NCBI GenBank assembly: GCA_045646945.1
Contig: JAZRLS010000005.1
Span: 11,857-75,856, forward strand
DNA length: 64,000 nucleotides
Direction: 5' to 3'
Source of the DNA: Eubacteriales bacterium
Lineage (GTDB): Bacteria; Bacillota; Clostridia; Oscillospirales; CAG-272
Position numbers and translations under genes: made by a program. Positions 1 to 8,463 of the stretch are shown here, piece after piece. Every line of letters starts with the position of its first letter. Position 1 is the first letter of the stretch. The notes beneath the pieces were generated by a model. The model was not told the origin of the DNA, made no database searches, and saw only the letters and a program-made list of their open reading frames with translations.

Positions 1-259
1 GGAGCTGTTGGATATGGCGAAGTCCCGCCACCGACATCGCGTCGCCCTCGACGCTTCCGTCAAAGACGAACAGTCCCGTTATGGCGGAGTATTCGGTCAG
101 TACGGGGGTTTGCGCCGTGACGTATTCGTAAATTCGTTTGCCCGAGCGCGCGTGGTGGGTGAGAAAGAGATCTTCACGGGAATATTCTACGGCTTGCTTT
201 TGAGGATACATTTCCCCGGCAAGCACAAGCTTTGTCAGATGAGAAATTCGTTCGGTCAT
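1..259 (-). CDS. hypothetical protein, N-terminal part only (gene runs off the left window edge)
   Basis: Open minus-strand frame from ATG at 257-259 (MTERISHLTKLVLAGEMYPQKQAVEYSRED...), preceded by GGAGG (269-273 on the plus strand). It is absent from the ORF track because no stop lies in the window. Plus-strand ORF 8..295 is its shadow. Confidence 0.55.
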   Translation of the reverse strand, partial: MTERISHLTKLVLAGEMYPQKQAVEYSREDLFLTHHARSGKRIYEYVTAQTPVLTEYSAITGLFVFDGSVEGDAMSVAGLRHIQQL

Positions 260-405
260 TTGAAGAAACCTCCGTTGTATTTTTTATCAGTATAGCATCG
301 ATTGGAGGAGAAGTAAATTCAAACGATTTCTTTTTATAATTTATTTCGGTGATTTTTCTTGACTTTTTGAGATAGATATGCTAAAGTATAAACGAGGTGA
401 TAGGA

Positions 406-1206
406 ATGGAATTGTTTGAAAATGAAACGATCAATATTGAGAGGATCGTCTCGGTCGCTAAGTATGTTGCCAGGGAAGAAAATCTCCCGAGGAATATAAA
501 ATATTCCACCGCTTTGCACACCTATGAGCTTGTTTTTTTCGTATCGGGCGGCGGGGAAGCGCACTTTGGCGGCGTGGATATGATCGATGCTCCCGGCTCA
601 ATGCGATACTTACCGAAAGGGAAGTCTGCGGGGGAATATACCGTCAAAAGCGTCAATCCCGGGTATTGTATCGACATATATTTTGACACGAAGGACGAAA
701 TGCCAACGCGCGCGATCGGCTTTTCGGAGATGGATTTTTTGGGAGATAAATTTATCAAGCTGTACCATATCTGGAAAGAGAAAAAGGACGGCTATTACGC
801 GAATGCGATGAGTGTGTTTTACGAGATTATTTCGGCGATGCAAGTCTACGAAAAGCGCTATCTTGCGAGCGAGCAAAGAGAACGCTTGGATCGAGCATAC
901 GAGTACATTCGAAAGAATTACCGTTCGGTTAAGTTTGATTATCGCGCGCTTTGCCACACCTGCGGTATTCGGAGCTATTCTTATTTTTGCGAGATCTTTA
1001 CGGCAAAATATCATATGACGCCATCGAAGCTCGTCACAAAATTCAAAATTGACGATGCCAAGGAGCTTTTGATTACGCAATCGTACAGTATTACGAAAAT
1101 TGCAGAATGCTGCGGCTTTGAAAACATGTATTATTTTTCAAGCGTATTTAAACGCGTCGTTGGTCAGTCTCCAAAGCAGTACCGAGAAGCGATTAAAAAC
1201 GGATAA
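406..1206 (+). CDS. AraC family transcriptional regulator
   Basis: C-terminal double HTH typical of AraC/XylS (..ITKIAECCGFENMYYFSSVFKRVVGQSPKQYRE). ATG at 406 sits 8 nt after GAGG. The track start at 397 is an upstream GTG. Confidence 0.85.
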   Translation: MELFENETINIERIVSVAKYVAREENLPRNIKYSTALHTYELVFFVSGGGEAHFGGVDMIDAPGSMRYLPKGKSAGEYTVKSVNPGYCIDIYFDTKDEMPTRAIGFSEMDFLGDKFIKLYHIWKEKKDGYYANAMSVFYEIISAMQVYEKRYLASEQRERLDRAYEYIRKNYRSVKFDYRALCHTCGIRSYSYFCEIFTAKYHMTPSKLVTKFKIDDAKELLITQSYSITKIAECCGFENMYYFSSVFKRVVGQSPKQYREAIKNG

Positions 1207-1210
1207 ATGA

Positions 1211-1240
1211 ACCCCGAACGAAAGTTTCGTTCGGGGTTTG
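1211..1240. terminator. bidirectional intrinsic terminator between convergent AraC genes
   Basis: Hairpin CCCCGAACG-loop-CGTTCGGGG, flanked by an A-run on the left and a T-run on the right. Confidence 0.7.
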
Positions 1241-1241
1241 T

Positions 1242-1994
1242 TTATTTTCCTTTTCGGTATTTGAGGGGTGTTGTTCCGACGAATTCGCAAAAGACCTTGC
1301 GGAAATGATTTTCCGATCGGAAGCCGACGAGCTGACTGATGGTGGAGATCGAATCGTTTCGGTTTTCCAGATGCTCGATGGCGATATTGATGCGAATGGA
1401 ATTCAAGAAGCGCACGGGGGTCTGACCGAGCTCTTTTTGGAAGAGATGGTAGAGCGTCGATTCGCTCACACAGCAGACCTTTGCAAGATCTGCCACCGAA
1501 AACTCCTCTTGATAGTGGTTGGTGATATATTCGATCGCACTTTGCAGGGTTTTATCAAAGGCAATTTTTGAGGGGAGCATTTTGGGAAGAAGTAGTTGCA
1601 AAAGCCGATAAAAAAGGGAATAGGCCTCGAGAGTTTCTCCCTGCTCCAAAAGGTTGCAGATCTGCAGAATATCGGTTTTTTCTTGTGTGCCGCAGTCAAT
1701 GATTTGCGGCTCGTACTGAAAGCCATCGTAGTGCATAAAGCTGCTCAGATAGCGCACCTCGATGTCGGGCTCCCCGTGCCATTCCGAGTAACAGTAGATG
1801 TTTTCGGGAATAAAAACGACGTCCCCCTCGGATACCTTGAGCTTTTTGCCAAGATAAATGTAGGTTCCGCTTCCACGGAGAATGACGCCGAGACGGCTTT
1901 TTCGTTTGTTGCTGTTTCCGCGGCAGAAGTGATAGTGGTTGAAGCTGTGAGTTGAGGTGGAAAGCTCGGACACAAAAATACTGTTGTTTTGCAT
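1242..1994 (-). CDS. AraC family transcriptional regulator (cupin-like sensor + HTH)
   Basis: 250-aa ORF. The C-terminus (LAKVCCVSESTLYHLFQKELGQTPVRFLNSIRINIAIEHL...VGFRSENHFRKVFCEFVGTTPLKYRKG) carries the AraC signature. RBS AGAGGA lies upstream. Confidence 0.85.
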   Translation of the reverse strand: MQNNSIFVSELSTSTHSFNHYHFCRGNSNKRKSRLGVILRGSGTYIYLGKKLKVSEGDVVFIPENIYCYSEWHGEPDIEVRYLSSFMHYDGFQYEPQIIDCGTQEKTDILQICNLLEQGETLEAYSLFYRLLQLLLPKMLPSKIAFDKTLQSAIEYITNHYQEEFSVADLAKVCCVSESTLYHLFQKELGQTPVRFLNSIRINIAIEHLENRNDSISTISQLVGFRSENHFRKVFCEFVGTTPLKYRKGK

Positions 1995-2102
1995 TGTTTT
2001 TCCTCTTGTTTTGCAGAATAATTACTTTTTTTACAGTATATCATATTGAATTTTTTCTGTCAAGGTGATATAATGAAATTAAGATCCGAAAGGAGTTTTT
2101 TT

Positions 2103-3098
2103 ATGAGAAAAATAAAAGTTGCTCAGATTGGCACGAGTGCCAACAGTCACGGCAATCAGATCTGGAAGACTTTGACTCGGCTGACCGATTCGTTTGAGGT
2201 GGTCGGCTACGCATTCCCCGAAGGAGAACGCGAGAAATTTCCGAAGCAAGCGTTAAAGTTTGACGGTTATCGCGAGATGACGGTGGAAGAAATTTTGAAT
2301 GATTCTGAGATTGAAGCCGTGTTCGTCGAAACCGAAGAAATTTATTTAACGAAATACGCTTTGATGGCGGCAAGGGCAGGCAAGCATTTGCATCTGGAAA
2401 AGCCGTGCGGCGTGTCGCTGTCGGAATTTGAGGAGCTGATCGGCGTTTTGAAAGAGAAGAATCTCGTATTTTCGACGGGATATATGTACCGCTTCAATCC
2501 GATGATCCGCGAAGCAATCGAAAAGATCGAGCGCGGCGAGCTTGGCAAGATCTACTCTGTCGAGGCGCATATGGACTGCAAGCACCCTGCCGCTGTGCGC
2601 GAGTGGCTCGGTCAATTCAAGGGGGGAATGACTTTCTTCCTTGGCTGTCATCTGATCGATCTGATTTATCGGATTCAGGGTGAGCCCGAGGAGGTGCTCC
2701 CGCTGAGCTGTTCGACGGGATTTGAGGGGATTTCTTCCGAGGATTGCGGAATGGTCGTGTTCAAATACCAAAACGGCGTTTCCTTTGCGAAAGTATCGGC
2801 ATCCGAGTGCGGTGGTTTTTTGCGCCGTCAGCTTGTGATCTGCGGAGAACGCGGCACGATCGAGCTTCGTCCCTTAGAGGTGGTCGTTGACGGTGGCGTA
2901 TACACCGTATCGAACGAATCGCACGCGATCGGCTGGCACGAGCCGTGGCAGAGCCGACAAAGCGAGGTCTTTGATCGCTACGCTCCTATGTTGGAAAATT
3001 TTGCCGAATTGATAGGGGGCAAGGAAAACCCCTATTCTTACGACTATGAACTAAATCTATACAAGCTGATTTTAAAAGCTTGCGGACAGGAGGTATAA
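2103..3098 (+). CDS. Gfo/Idh/MocA family NAD(P)-dependent oxidoreductase
   Basis: MRKIKVAQIGTSANSHG.. is an N-terminal Rossmann fold, with the EKP motif (HLHLEKPCG). AAGGAG RBS precedes ATG 2103. The track start 2046 is upstream and unlikely. Confidence 0.8.
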   Translation: MRKIKVAQIGTSANSHGNQIWKTLTRLTDSFEVVGYAFPEGEREKFPKQALKFDGYREMTVEEILNDSEIEAVFVETEEIYLTKYALMAARAGKHLHLEKPCGVSLSEFEELIGVLKEKNLVFSTGYMYRFNPMIREAIEKIERGELGKIYSVEAHMDCKHPAAVREWLGQFKGGMTFFLGCHLIDLIYRIQGEPEEVLPLSCSTGFEGISSEDCGMVVFKYQNGVSFAKVSASECGGFLRRQLVICGERGTIELRPLEVVVDGGVYTVSNESHAIGWHEPWQSRQSEVFDRYAPMLENFAELIGGKENPYSYDYELNLYKLILKACGQEV

Positions 3099-3099
3099 T

Positions 3100-4116
3100 A
3101 TGACGACCAAACAAATCGTATTTACAAAGCCGAACACAGCGGAGCTTCTTGCGGTGGAATGTCTTCCCCCCAAGGCAAACGAGGTAACGGTTGCCCTTGA
3201 ATATTCCGCCATCAGCGCGGGTACGGAGAAGGCAAATTTTGTCGGTGACCGTAACGGTATTAACGTTGCAGAAAACGCGGAGGCGGTCTTTCCGCGTACC
3301 GTCGGATACAGTGCGGCAGGTGTTGTCACCGAGGTTGGAAGCGCTGTGAGCGATATTGCCGTAGGCGACCGCGTGGTCGTCTATTGGGGAAAGCATAAAA
3401 AGAATATTACGGTAAAGAGATCGAAGGTGGTGAAGATTCCCGACGGTGTTTCGACGGCAGAGGCTTCGATGGCACTCATTGCGACTTTCCCGCTTGCCGC
3501 CATTCGCAAAACGCGATTGGAGATCGGCGAATCGGCACTCGTGATGGGACTCGGCATTCTCGGTATCTTTGCCGTGCAACAGCTCCGTGCGGCGGGGGCG
3601 TACCCGATCGTTGCGGTTGATCCCGTGGCAGAGCGTCGGGAGTTTGCTCTCAAGATGGGCGCGGACTATGCGCTTGATCCGACCGAGGCGGATTTTGTGG
3701 AGAAGGTCAATCAGATCACCAATGGCGGCGCGAACGTCTGTATTGAGGTGACGGGACTCGGCATTGGTTTGATTCAGGCACTTGAGTGTATGAAGCTGAT
3801 GGGCAGAGTCGCACTTCTCGGTTGTACGCGAAACTCGAAATTTGAGATCGACTATTACGGTAAGGTGCACGGTAAGGGAATTTCTCTGATTGGAGCACAT
3901 ACGAAGATGCGTCCGAATACCGAATCCTCTCAAGGACTTTGGACCGATGCGGACGACCTGAAAGCACTGCTTTCACTCATCAAGGGCGGACGTTTGAATT
4001 TCAAGGATATGATCTGCGAGATTCATTCTCCTGACGAAGCGCAGATCGTCTATGATCGACTTGTCAGCGAAAAGAATTTCCCGATTGGCGTTTTGTTTGA
4101 CTGGAATAGAATATAA
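3100..4116 (+). CDS. MDR-superfamily (zinc-type alcohol dehydrogenase-like) dehydrogenase
   Basis: 338 aa with GroES-like N-terminal domain and a GLGILG Rossmann motif. I do not see the canonical catalytic-zinc Cys/His ligands. The start overlaps the preceding stop region (AGGAGG RBS). Confidence 0.75.
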   Translation: MTTKQIVFTKPNTAELLAVECLPPKANEVTVALEYSAISAGTEKANFVGDRNGINVAENAEAVFPRTVGYSAAGVVTEVGSAVSDIAVGDRVVVYWGKHKKNITVKRSKVVKIPDGVSTAEASMALIATFPLAAIRKTRLEIGESALVMGLGILGIFAVQQLRAAGAYPIVAVDPVAERREFALKMGADYALDPTEADFVEKVNQITNGGANVCIEVTGLGIGLIQALECMKLMGRVALLGCTRNSKFEIDYYGKVHGKGISLIGAHTKMRPNTESSQGLWTDADDLKALLSLIKGGRLNFKDMICEIHSPDEAQIVYDRLVSEKNFPIGVLFDWNRI

Positions 4117-4128
4117 GGAGATACCGAG

Positions 4129-4893
4129 ATGGATTTTACAAATCAAGTAGCAATTTCCACGGGTGCGGCATCGGGCATGGGATTGCTCTTTGCCGAAAAT
4201 TTTGCCGCGCTTGGCGGAAACGTCGTTCTTTGTGACGTGAATGAAGCAGTATTGAATGAAAAAGTTGCCGAAATCAATGAAAAAGGAAAGGGAAAAGCGA
4301 TCGGTGTGGTCTGCGACGTGCGTGATTACGCGCAGGTCTGCGCGGTACGCGACCGTGCGGTTGCCGAATTTGGCAGAATCGACGTGATGGCGAACTTTGC
4401 GGGCGGTACGGCGGTCAGAATGTGCAAGGTCGACCGCGAAGCCTATCCCGAATTTCCCGACGTTCCGATCGACGTCTACGATTGGGGCATTGACGTCAAC
4501 CTCAAGGGACCGTTCTATTTTGCCCACGCGGTGTTGGCGCAGATGAGAGAGCAGAAGAGCGGACTTGTCATCAACATCGGCTCAATTACGGGCGCGGAGG
4601 GGGATAAGTACGGAATGGATTACCCCACCTCGAAGGCAGGATTGATGTATGGACTTACCAAGTCGATTGCGCAGTTTGGAGAAAAATACGGCATTCGCTG
4701 CGTTTGCGTCTCTCCCGGACCGGTGCTGACGCGTGCGGCAATGTCCAAGATGAGAACGCTTGCAGGAAGAGCTGCAGAGCCTCAGGAAATTATTGATCTA
4801 TGTCTCTTCCTTGCCTCTGACAAGGGACAGTTCATCAACGGTGAAAATATTATGATCGACGGTGGTCGAAATGCGATGGGACGGTGGAAATGA
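4129..4893 (+). CDS. SDR family oxidoreductase
   Basis: TGAASGMG glycine motif and YxxxK (YPTSKAG) catalytic motif. 254 aa. Confidence 0.85.
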   Translation: MDFTNQVAISTGAASGMGLLFAENFAALGGNVVLCDVNEAVLNEKVAEINEKGKGKAIGVVCDVRDYAQVCAVRDRAVAEFGRIDVMANFAGGTAVRMCKVDREAYPEFPDVPIDVYDWGIDVNLKGPFYFAHAVLAQMREQKSGLVINIGSITGAEGDKYGMDYPTSKAGLMYGLTKSIAQFGEKYGIRCVCVSPGPVLTRAAMSKMRTLAGRAAEPQEIIDLCLFLASDKGQFINGENIMIDGGRNAMGRWK

Positions 4894-5645
4894 TGAGTAA
4901 GCCTACCTTTTTGACCTACGAACGACCGCTGCTGACTTGCATGGTACAAGCGGACAATCCCGATAGAATCAAAGAGCTTATTTCTCGTTCCGAGGGCGCG
5001 GAAGCCTTTGGCATGCAATTCTGCCGAATGAAGCCCGAATATCGCTCTAAGGAAACCTACCGCGAGCTCTTCGAGCTTGCCGCGCCTCTGCCGACCTACG
5101 TAACGAACTACCGTTACGGCTATAACGAGGGCAAGAGCGACGACGCGCTTGCCGAGGGAATTTTGGAGCTTGCCGACTGCGGCGCGACGCTTTGCGACGT
5201 GATGGGCGACCTCTTTGACAAGCAGGATGACGAGCTTGCCCGCGACGAGGGGGCGATCGAGAAGCAAATGAAGCTCATTGACAAGCTTCACGCAAAGGGT
5301 GCCGAGGTGCTGATGTCCTCACACGTTTTCAAATTTACCCCTGCCGAGCGCGTGCTCGAAATCGCGCTGGAACACAAAAATCGTGGTGCGGATATCGCAA
5401 AGATCGTGACGGGCGCGTCGAGTATGGAGGATCAGCTCGAAAATCTGCGGATCGTGCATCTTCTGAAAAAGGAGCTCGGAATTCCGTTCCTGTTTTTGGC
5501 AAACGGCGAGAGCCGAATCCTTCGCCGCGTGGGGGGAACTCTTGGCAACTGCACGACGCTCTGCGTGGTCGAGTACGACGAGCTTGCCACCAAAACCCAA
5601 CCGTTGCTCTGTGAAATGAAAACGCTCCGAGAGCTTTTGGGCTAA
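4890..5645 (+). CDS. type I 3-dehydroquinate dehydratase-like protein (AroD family)
   Basis: VLMSSHVFKFTPAERVLEI....GADIAKIVTGASS is collinear with the AroD motif xMSxHDFxxTP....ADIxKIA, which contains the catalytic His and the Schiff-base Lys (from memory). ATGA start/stop overlap with the SDR gene. Confidence 0.7.
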   Translation: MMSKPTFLTYERPLLTCMVQADNPDRIKELISRSEGAEAFGMQFCRMKPEYRSKETYRELFELAAPLPTYVTNYRYGYNEGKSDDALAEGILELADCGATLCDVMGDLFDKQDDELARDEGAIEKQMKLIDKLHAKGAEVLMSSHVFKFTPAERVLEIALEHKNRGADIAKIVTGASSMEDQLENLRIVHLLKKELGIPFLFLANGESRILRRVGGTLGNCTTLCVVEYDELATKTQPLLCEMKTLRELLG

Positions 5646-5646
5646 T

Positions 5647-6246
5647 ATGACACATGAGTTTTATGAGGAATTTGACGGTGTTTACCGTCTGAAAATTCCT
5701 TTTGAAAATCTTTATACGTCGGTCTTTTTGGTGCTCGCCGACCGTCCGATCCTTTTGGATTGCGCGACGACGGCAGAGGACGTGGATGAGTGGATTGTTC
5801 CCGCCTTAGAGAAGTTGGGATATCGGCTGTCCGAGATCAAGACTCTTGTGCTGACGCATTCTCACGGTGATCACGCGGGCGGACTTGCACGCGTGCTGGA
5901 GCTTGCCCCTGAGATCGAAGTCGTGCGCGACGTGCGTCGGCTGTGCGAGGGAATCTCGACCTATCCTCTTGCGGGGCACACGAAGGACTGTATCGGAGTG
6001 CTTGACGAACGAACACACACCCTGATCTCGGGCGACGGCTTGCAGGGGGCGGGTGTGGACAAATACCGTTGCAGTATAAAATTTCAAGAGGATTACTTGG
6101 AAACCTTAAACCGAATTCAAAATGACGATCGGATTGAGCATATTTTATTTTCTCACGCATACGAGCCGTGGTATGCAAACCGTATCGACGGAAGAGAGCT
6201 GGTGCTCGCTTGTCTTGCGGAATGTCCAAAATATCTGAAAAAATAA
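5647..6246 (+). CDS. MBL-fold metallo-hydrolase
   Basis: THSHGDHAGG is the HxHxDH metal-binding motif. 199 aa. Starts 1 nt after the preceding stop. Confidence 0.8.
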   Translation: MTHEFYEEFDGVYRLKIPFENLYTSVFLVLADRPILLDCATTAEDVDEWIVPALEKLGYRLSEIKTLVLTHSHGDHAGGLARVLELAPEIEVVRDVRRLCEGISTYPLAGHTKDCIGVLDERTHTLISGDGLQGAGVDKYRCSIKFQEDYLETLNRIQNDDRIEHILFSHAYEPWYANRIDGRELVLACLAECPKYLKK

Positions 6247-6265
6247 TTACATAGGAGAATCTATT

Positions 6266-7255
6266 ATGAAAGCGATTTTAGTAAATAATGATGAAAATAG
6301 AAGTCTTCGTTGGGACGACGTTCCGAATCCCGAAATCAAGCCCGACGAGGTGCTTGTCAAGATCGAGGCGGCGGCACTCAACCGCGCCGACCTGATGCAG
6401 AGAGAGGGCGACTATCCGCCCCCCGCAGGCTGTCCCGAATGGATGGGACTTGAGGTTGCGGGTGAGATCGTCGAGGTCGGAGAGGGAGCTAAGGAAAAAT
6501 CCTCTTGGAAGCTTGGCGACAAGGTTTGCGCGCTTCTCGGCGGCGGCGGTTATGCCGAATACGTCGCGGTCAAGTACGATATGCTGATGCCGATTCCGAA
6601 GAACTGCTCGATGGTCGAGGCGGCGGCAATCCCCGAGGCATTTGCTACGGCATACCTCAATCTCTTTATCGAGGGAAAGATCAAAGAGGGCAACACGCTT
6701 CTGATGAACGCAGGCGCATCGGGACTGGCAAGTGTCATCATTCCGATGGCAAAGGCGTTCGGTGTGCGCGTGATTACGACGGTGCTGACCGACGAGATCG
6801 CGGAGAATATCAAGCATCTGAATGCCGACAGAGTTGTCGTTACCACCAAAGAGGACATTTCGCTCGTACTCAAGGAAGAGCTTGAGGCGGGACGCTCGGT
6901 GGACGTTGCGATCGACTGTCTTGGCGGCGAGATTATGGGCAAGTGTATTCACTACCTCACGCACGGCGCGCGTTGGATTATGATTGCGGCGCTTGCGGGA
7001 CAGAAGACCGAGATCGACCTCAAGAATATTTACGTTCGCAACGTTCGTATCGTCGGAAGCACGCTTCGCTCGCGCACGCCCGAGATGAAGGCGGAAATTC
7101 TTGCGGGCATCGTCCGTGACGTTTATCCGAAGATCGAGGCAGGACTCGTCAAACCCACCATTCACGCAGTGCTTCCCATTGAGGAAGCCGAAGCCGCCCA
7201 CGAAATTCTTTACAAGGGCAAAAACGTCGGCAAGGTCGTTCTGACTGTGTCGTAA
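6266..7255 (+). CDS. NAD(P)H:quinone oxidoreductase (zeta-crystallin/PIG3-type MDR)
   Basis: 329 aa with ..LNRADLMQREGDYPPP.., AGASGLAS nucleotide motif and C-terminal GKVVL. No zinc ligands. Confidence 0.8.
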   Translation: MKAILVNNDENRSLRWDDVPNPEIKPDEVLVKIEAAALNRADLMQREGDYPPPAGCPEWMGLEVAGEIVEVGEGAKEKSSWKLGDKVCALLGGGGYAEYVAVKYDMLMPIPKNCSMVEAAAIPEAFATAYLNLFIEGKIKEGNTLLMNAGASGLASVIIPMAKAFGVRVITTVLTDEIAENIKHLNADRVVVTTKEDISLVLKEELEAGRSVDVAIDCLGGEIMGKCIHYLTHGARWIMIAALAGQKTEIDLKNIYVRNVRIVGSTLRSRTPEMKAEILAGIVRDVYPKIEAGLVKPTIHAVLPIEEAEAAHEILYKGKNVGKVVLTVS

Positions 7256-7269
7256 TCAACATAAATCAG

Positions 7270-7310
7270 AAAAGGCAATATCCGACTAAAACGGTCGGAT
7301 ATTGCCTTTT
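7270..7310. terminator. bidirectional intrinsic terminator
   Basis: 17-bp stem AAAAGGCAATATCCGAC / GTCGGATATTGCCTTTT with a 7-nt loop, then a T-rich tail. It lies between the quinone oxidoreductase gene and the spoIVB-like fragment. Confidence 0.85.
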
Positions 7311-7317
7311 CTTTGCG

Positions 7318-7446
7318 TTATGCTGCTGTGGTGGGATCGTTGATCAGCACGTGGGTGACATACTTCGCTTTGCTCCGTGGCAAGTTTTCTGCGAAAACAT
7401 TGCGCGCCGACGAGCTTGCCGTTCTGAACGATGGGACTTCCGCTCA
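7318..7446 (-). pseudogene. spoIVB-like 3' gene fragment (frameshifted remnant)
   Basis: Minus strand encodes ..[15 protein letters not shown], then a 43-nt insert (7360-7402), then [13 protein letters not shown]-stop. It aligns to [25 protein letters not shown] of the intact SpoIVB at 11536-12627. There is no 5' part, no start and no RBS. Confidence 0.75.
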
Positions 7447-7470
7447 GGTGTGTGGTCAATAAAGGACAAC
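7447..7470. repeat. left inverted repeat bounding the AT-rich segment
   Basis: GGTGTGTGGTCAATAAAGGACAAC matches the reverse complement of 11381-11404 at 20 of 24 positions (hand alignment). Confidence 0.6.
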
Positions 7471-7583
7471 AAAATTTCACAAAAATTATCCAAACAGTGT
7501 TCTGTTGACAAAATTACCTATATTAATGGTAAAATGAGTAAATTTGCAAACAAAAAAACAATAGATTTACATTTTTCTATATC

Positions 7584-8432
7584 CTAAATATTTAAAAACA
7601 CTATGGATGCAAGCCCTGCTATGAAGCCTGCAAATTGTGTTTTTGTAAGCTCTTCTTTATAAAATACTTTTGAAACAACATATGTAACAATAATTCCTCC
7701 TGCTGAAATCAAAGGAAACATAACGGACACTGCCATCATTCCTGACAAAACCATAACGAGCAAATTAACAATACCATTCATAACACCGGCGGCAACGGCA
7801 GTAAACCGTGCATGATAAAAATTTCTTCTGAAATCACCTTTATTTGTTATCCACGTAGCTACTACAAAAATTAAAAATACAATTGCAAGAGAAATTATCA
7901 TAAATTCATTTTTATATTCCCCATTAAATGCAAGCTGTTGAATTTTCTGGACAGTTGAACAAAGACCATTGCCGGCAAACGAAAGAAAAACAAATAAAAG
8001 CCATTTGGGTGTAACGGGACATTTGTCATTCTTCTTGTTTACAAGAAAAAGCGAAATTACAAGCAAGCCAAGACCAATCGCAAAACATATGCTTATCGGT
8101 TCTTTCAAAAATATGAGTCCGTAAAAGGTTGGAATCATAAGTGAATATGAAATCATAAGCGATGAAAGTGACAAAGGTCCGTTTGCAAAAGCGAGCAACC
8201 CAAAAAGGGAAGCAGTTGCAAATGATAAGGCAAAGGCTATCGAATACGGAACAATCTGGGGATTCCAGCTAATATTCTTTGAAGTAACAAGAAAGAACAT
8301 CATTGAAAAAAGTGCAGTAAGGGATGAAAAAAGATATGTTCCGCTCGTTCCTGTTTTTTTCGTATATATTTTTTTGGTAATGTTCTGCCCTGCAATCCCT
8401 GCTATTATAACTATTAAAAATAATATGCTCAT
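7584..8432 (-). CDS. DMT-superfamily (EamA-like) permease, about 10 TM segments
   Basis: 282 aa, almost entirely hydrophobic, with two similar halves, typical of EamA/sugar-type DMT carriers. AT-rich codon usage unlike the flanking genes. Confidence 0.7.
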   Translation of the reverse strand: MSILFLIVIIAGIAGQNITKKIYTKKTGTSGTYLFSSLTALFSMMFFLVTSKNISWNPQIVPYSIAFALSFATASLFGLLAFANGPLSLSSLMISYSLMIPTFYGLIFLKEPISICFAIGLGLLVISLFLVNKKNDKCPVTPKWLLFVFLSFAGNGLCSTVQKIQQLAFNGEYKNEFMIISLAIVFLIFVVATWITNKGDFRRNFYHARFTAVAAGVMNGIVNLLVMVLSGMMAVSVMFPLISAGGIIVTYVVSKVFYKEELTKTQFAGFIAGLASIVFLNI

Positions 8433-8463
8433 TTATTTATAACTCTTGATTAAAAATTTTTAT

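Noticed and set aside
8-295. 95-aa plus-strand ORF at the left edge.
   Set aside because: The opposite strand carries a better gene start (RBS GGAGG plus ATG at 257-259) that continues out of the window.
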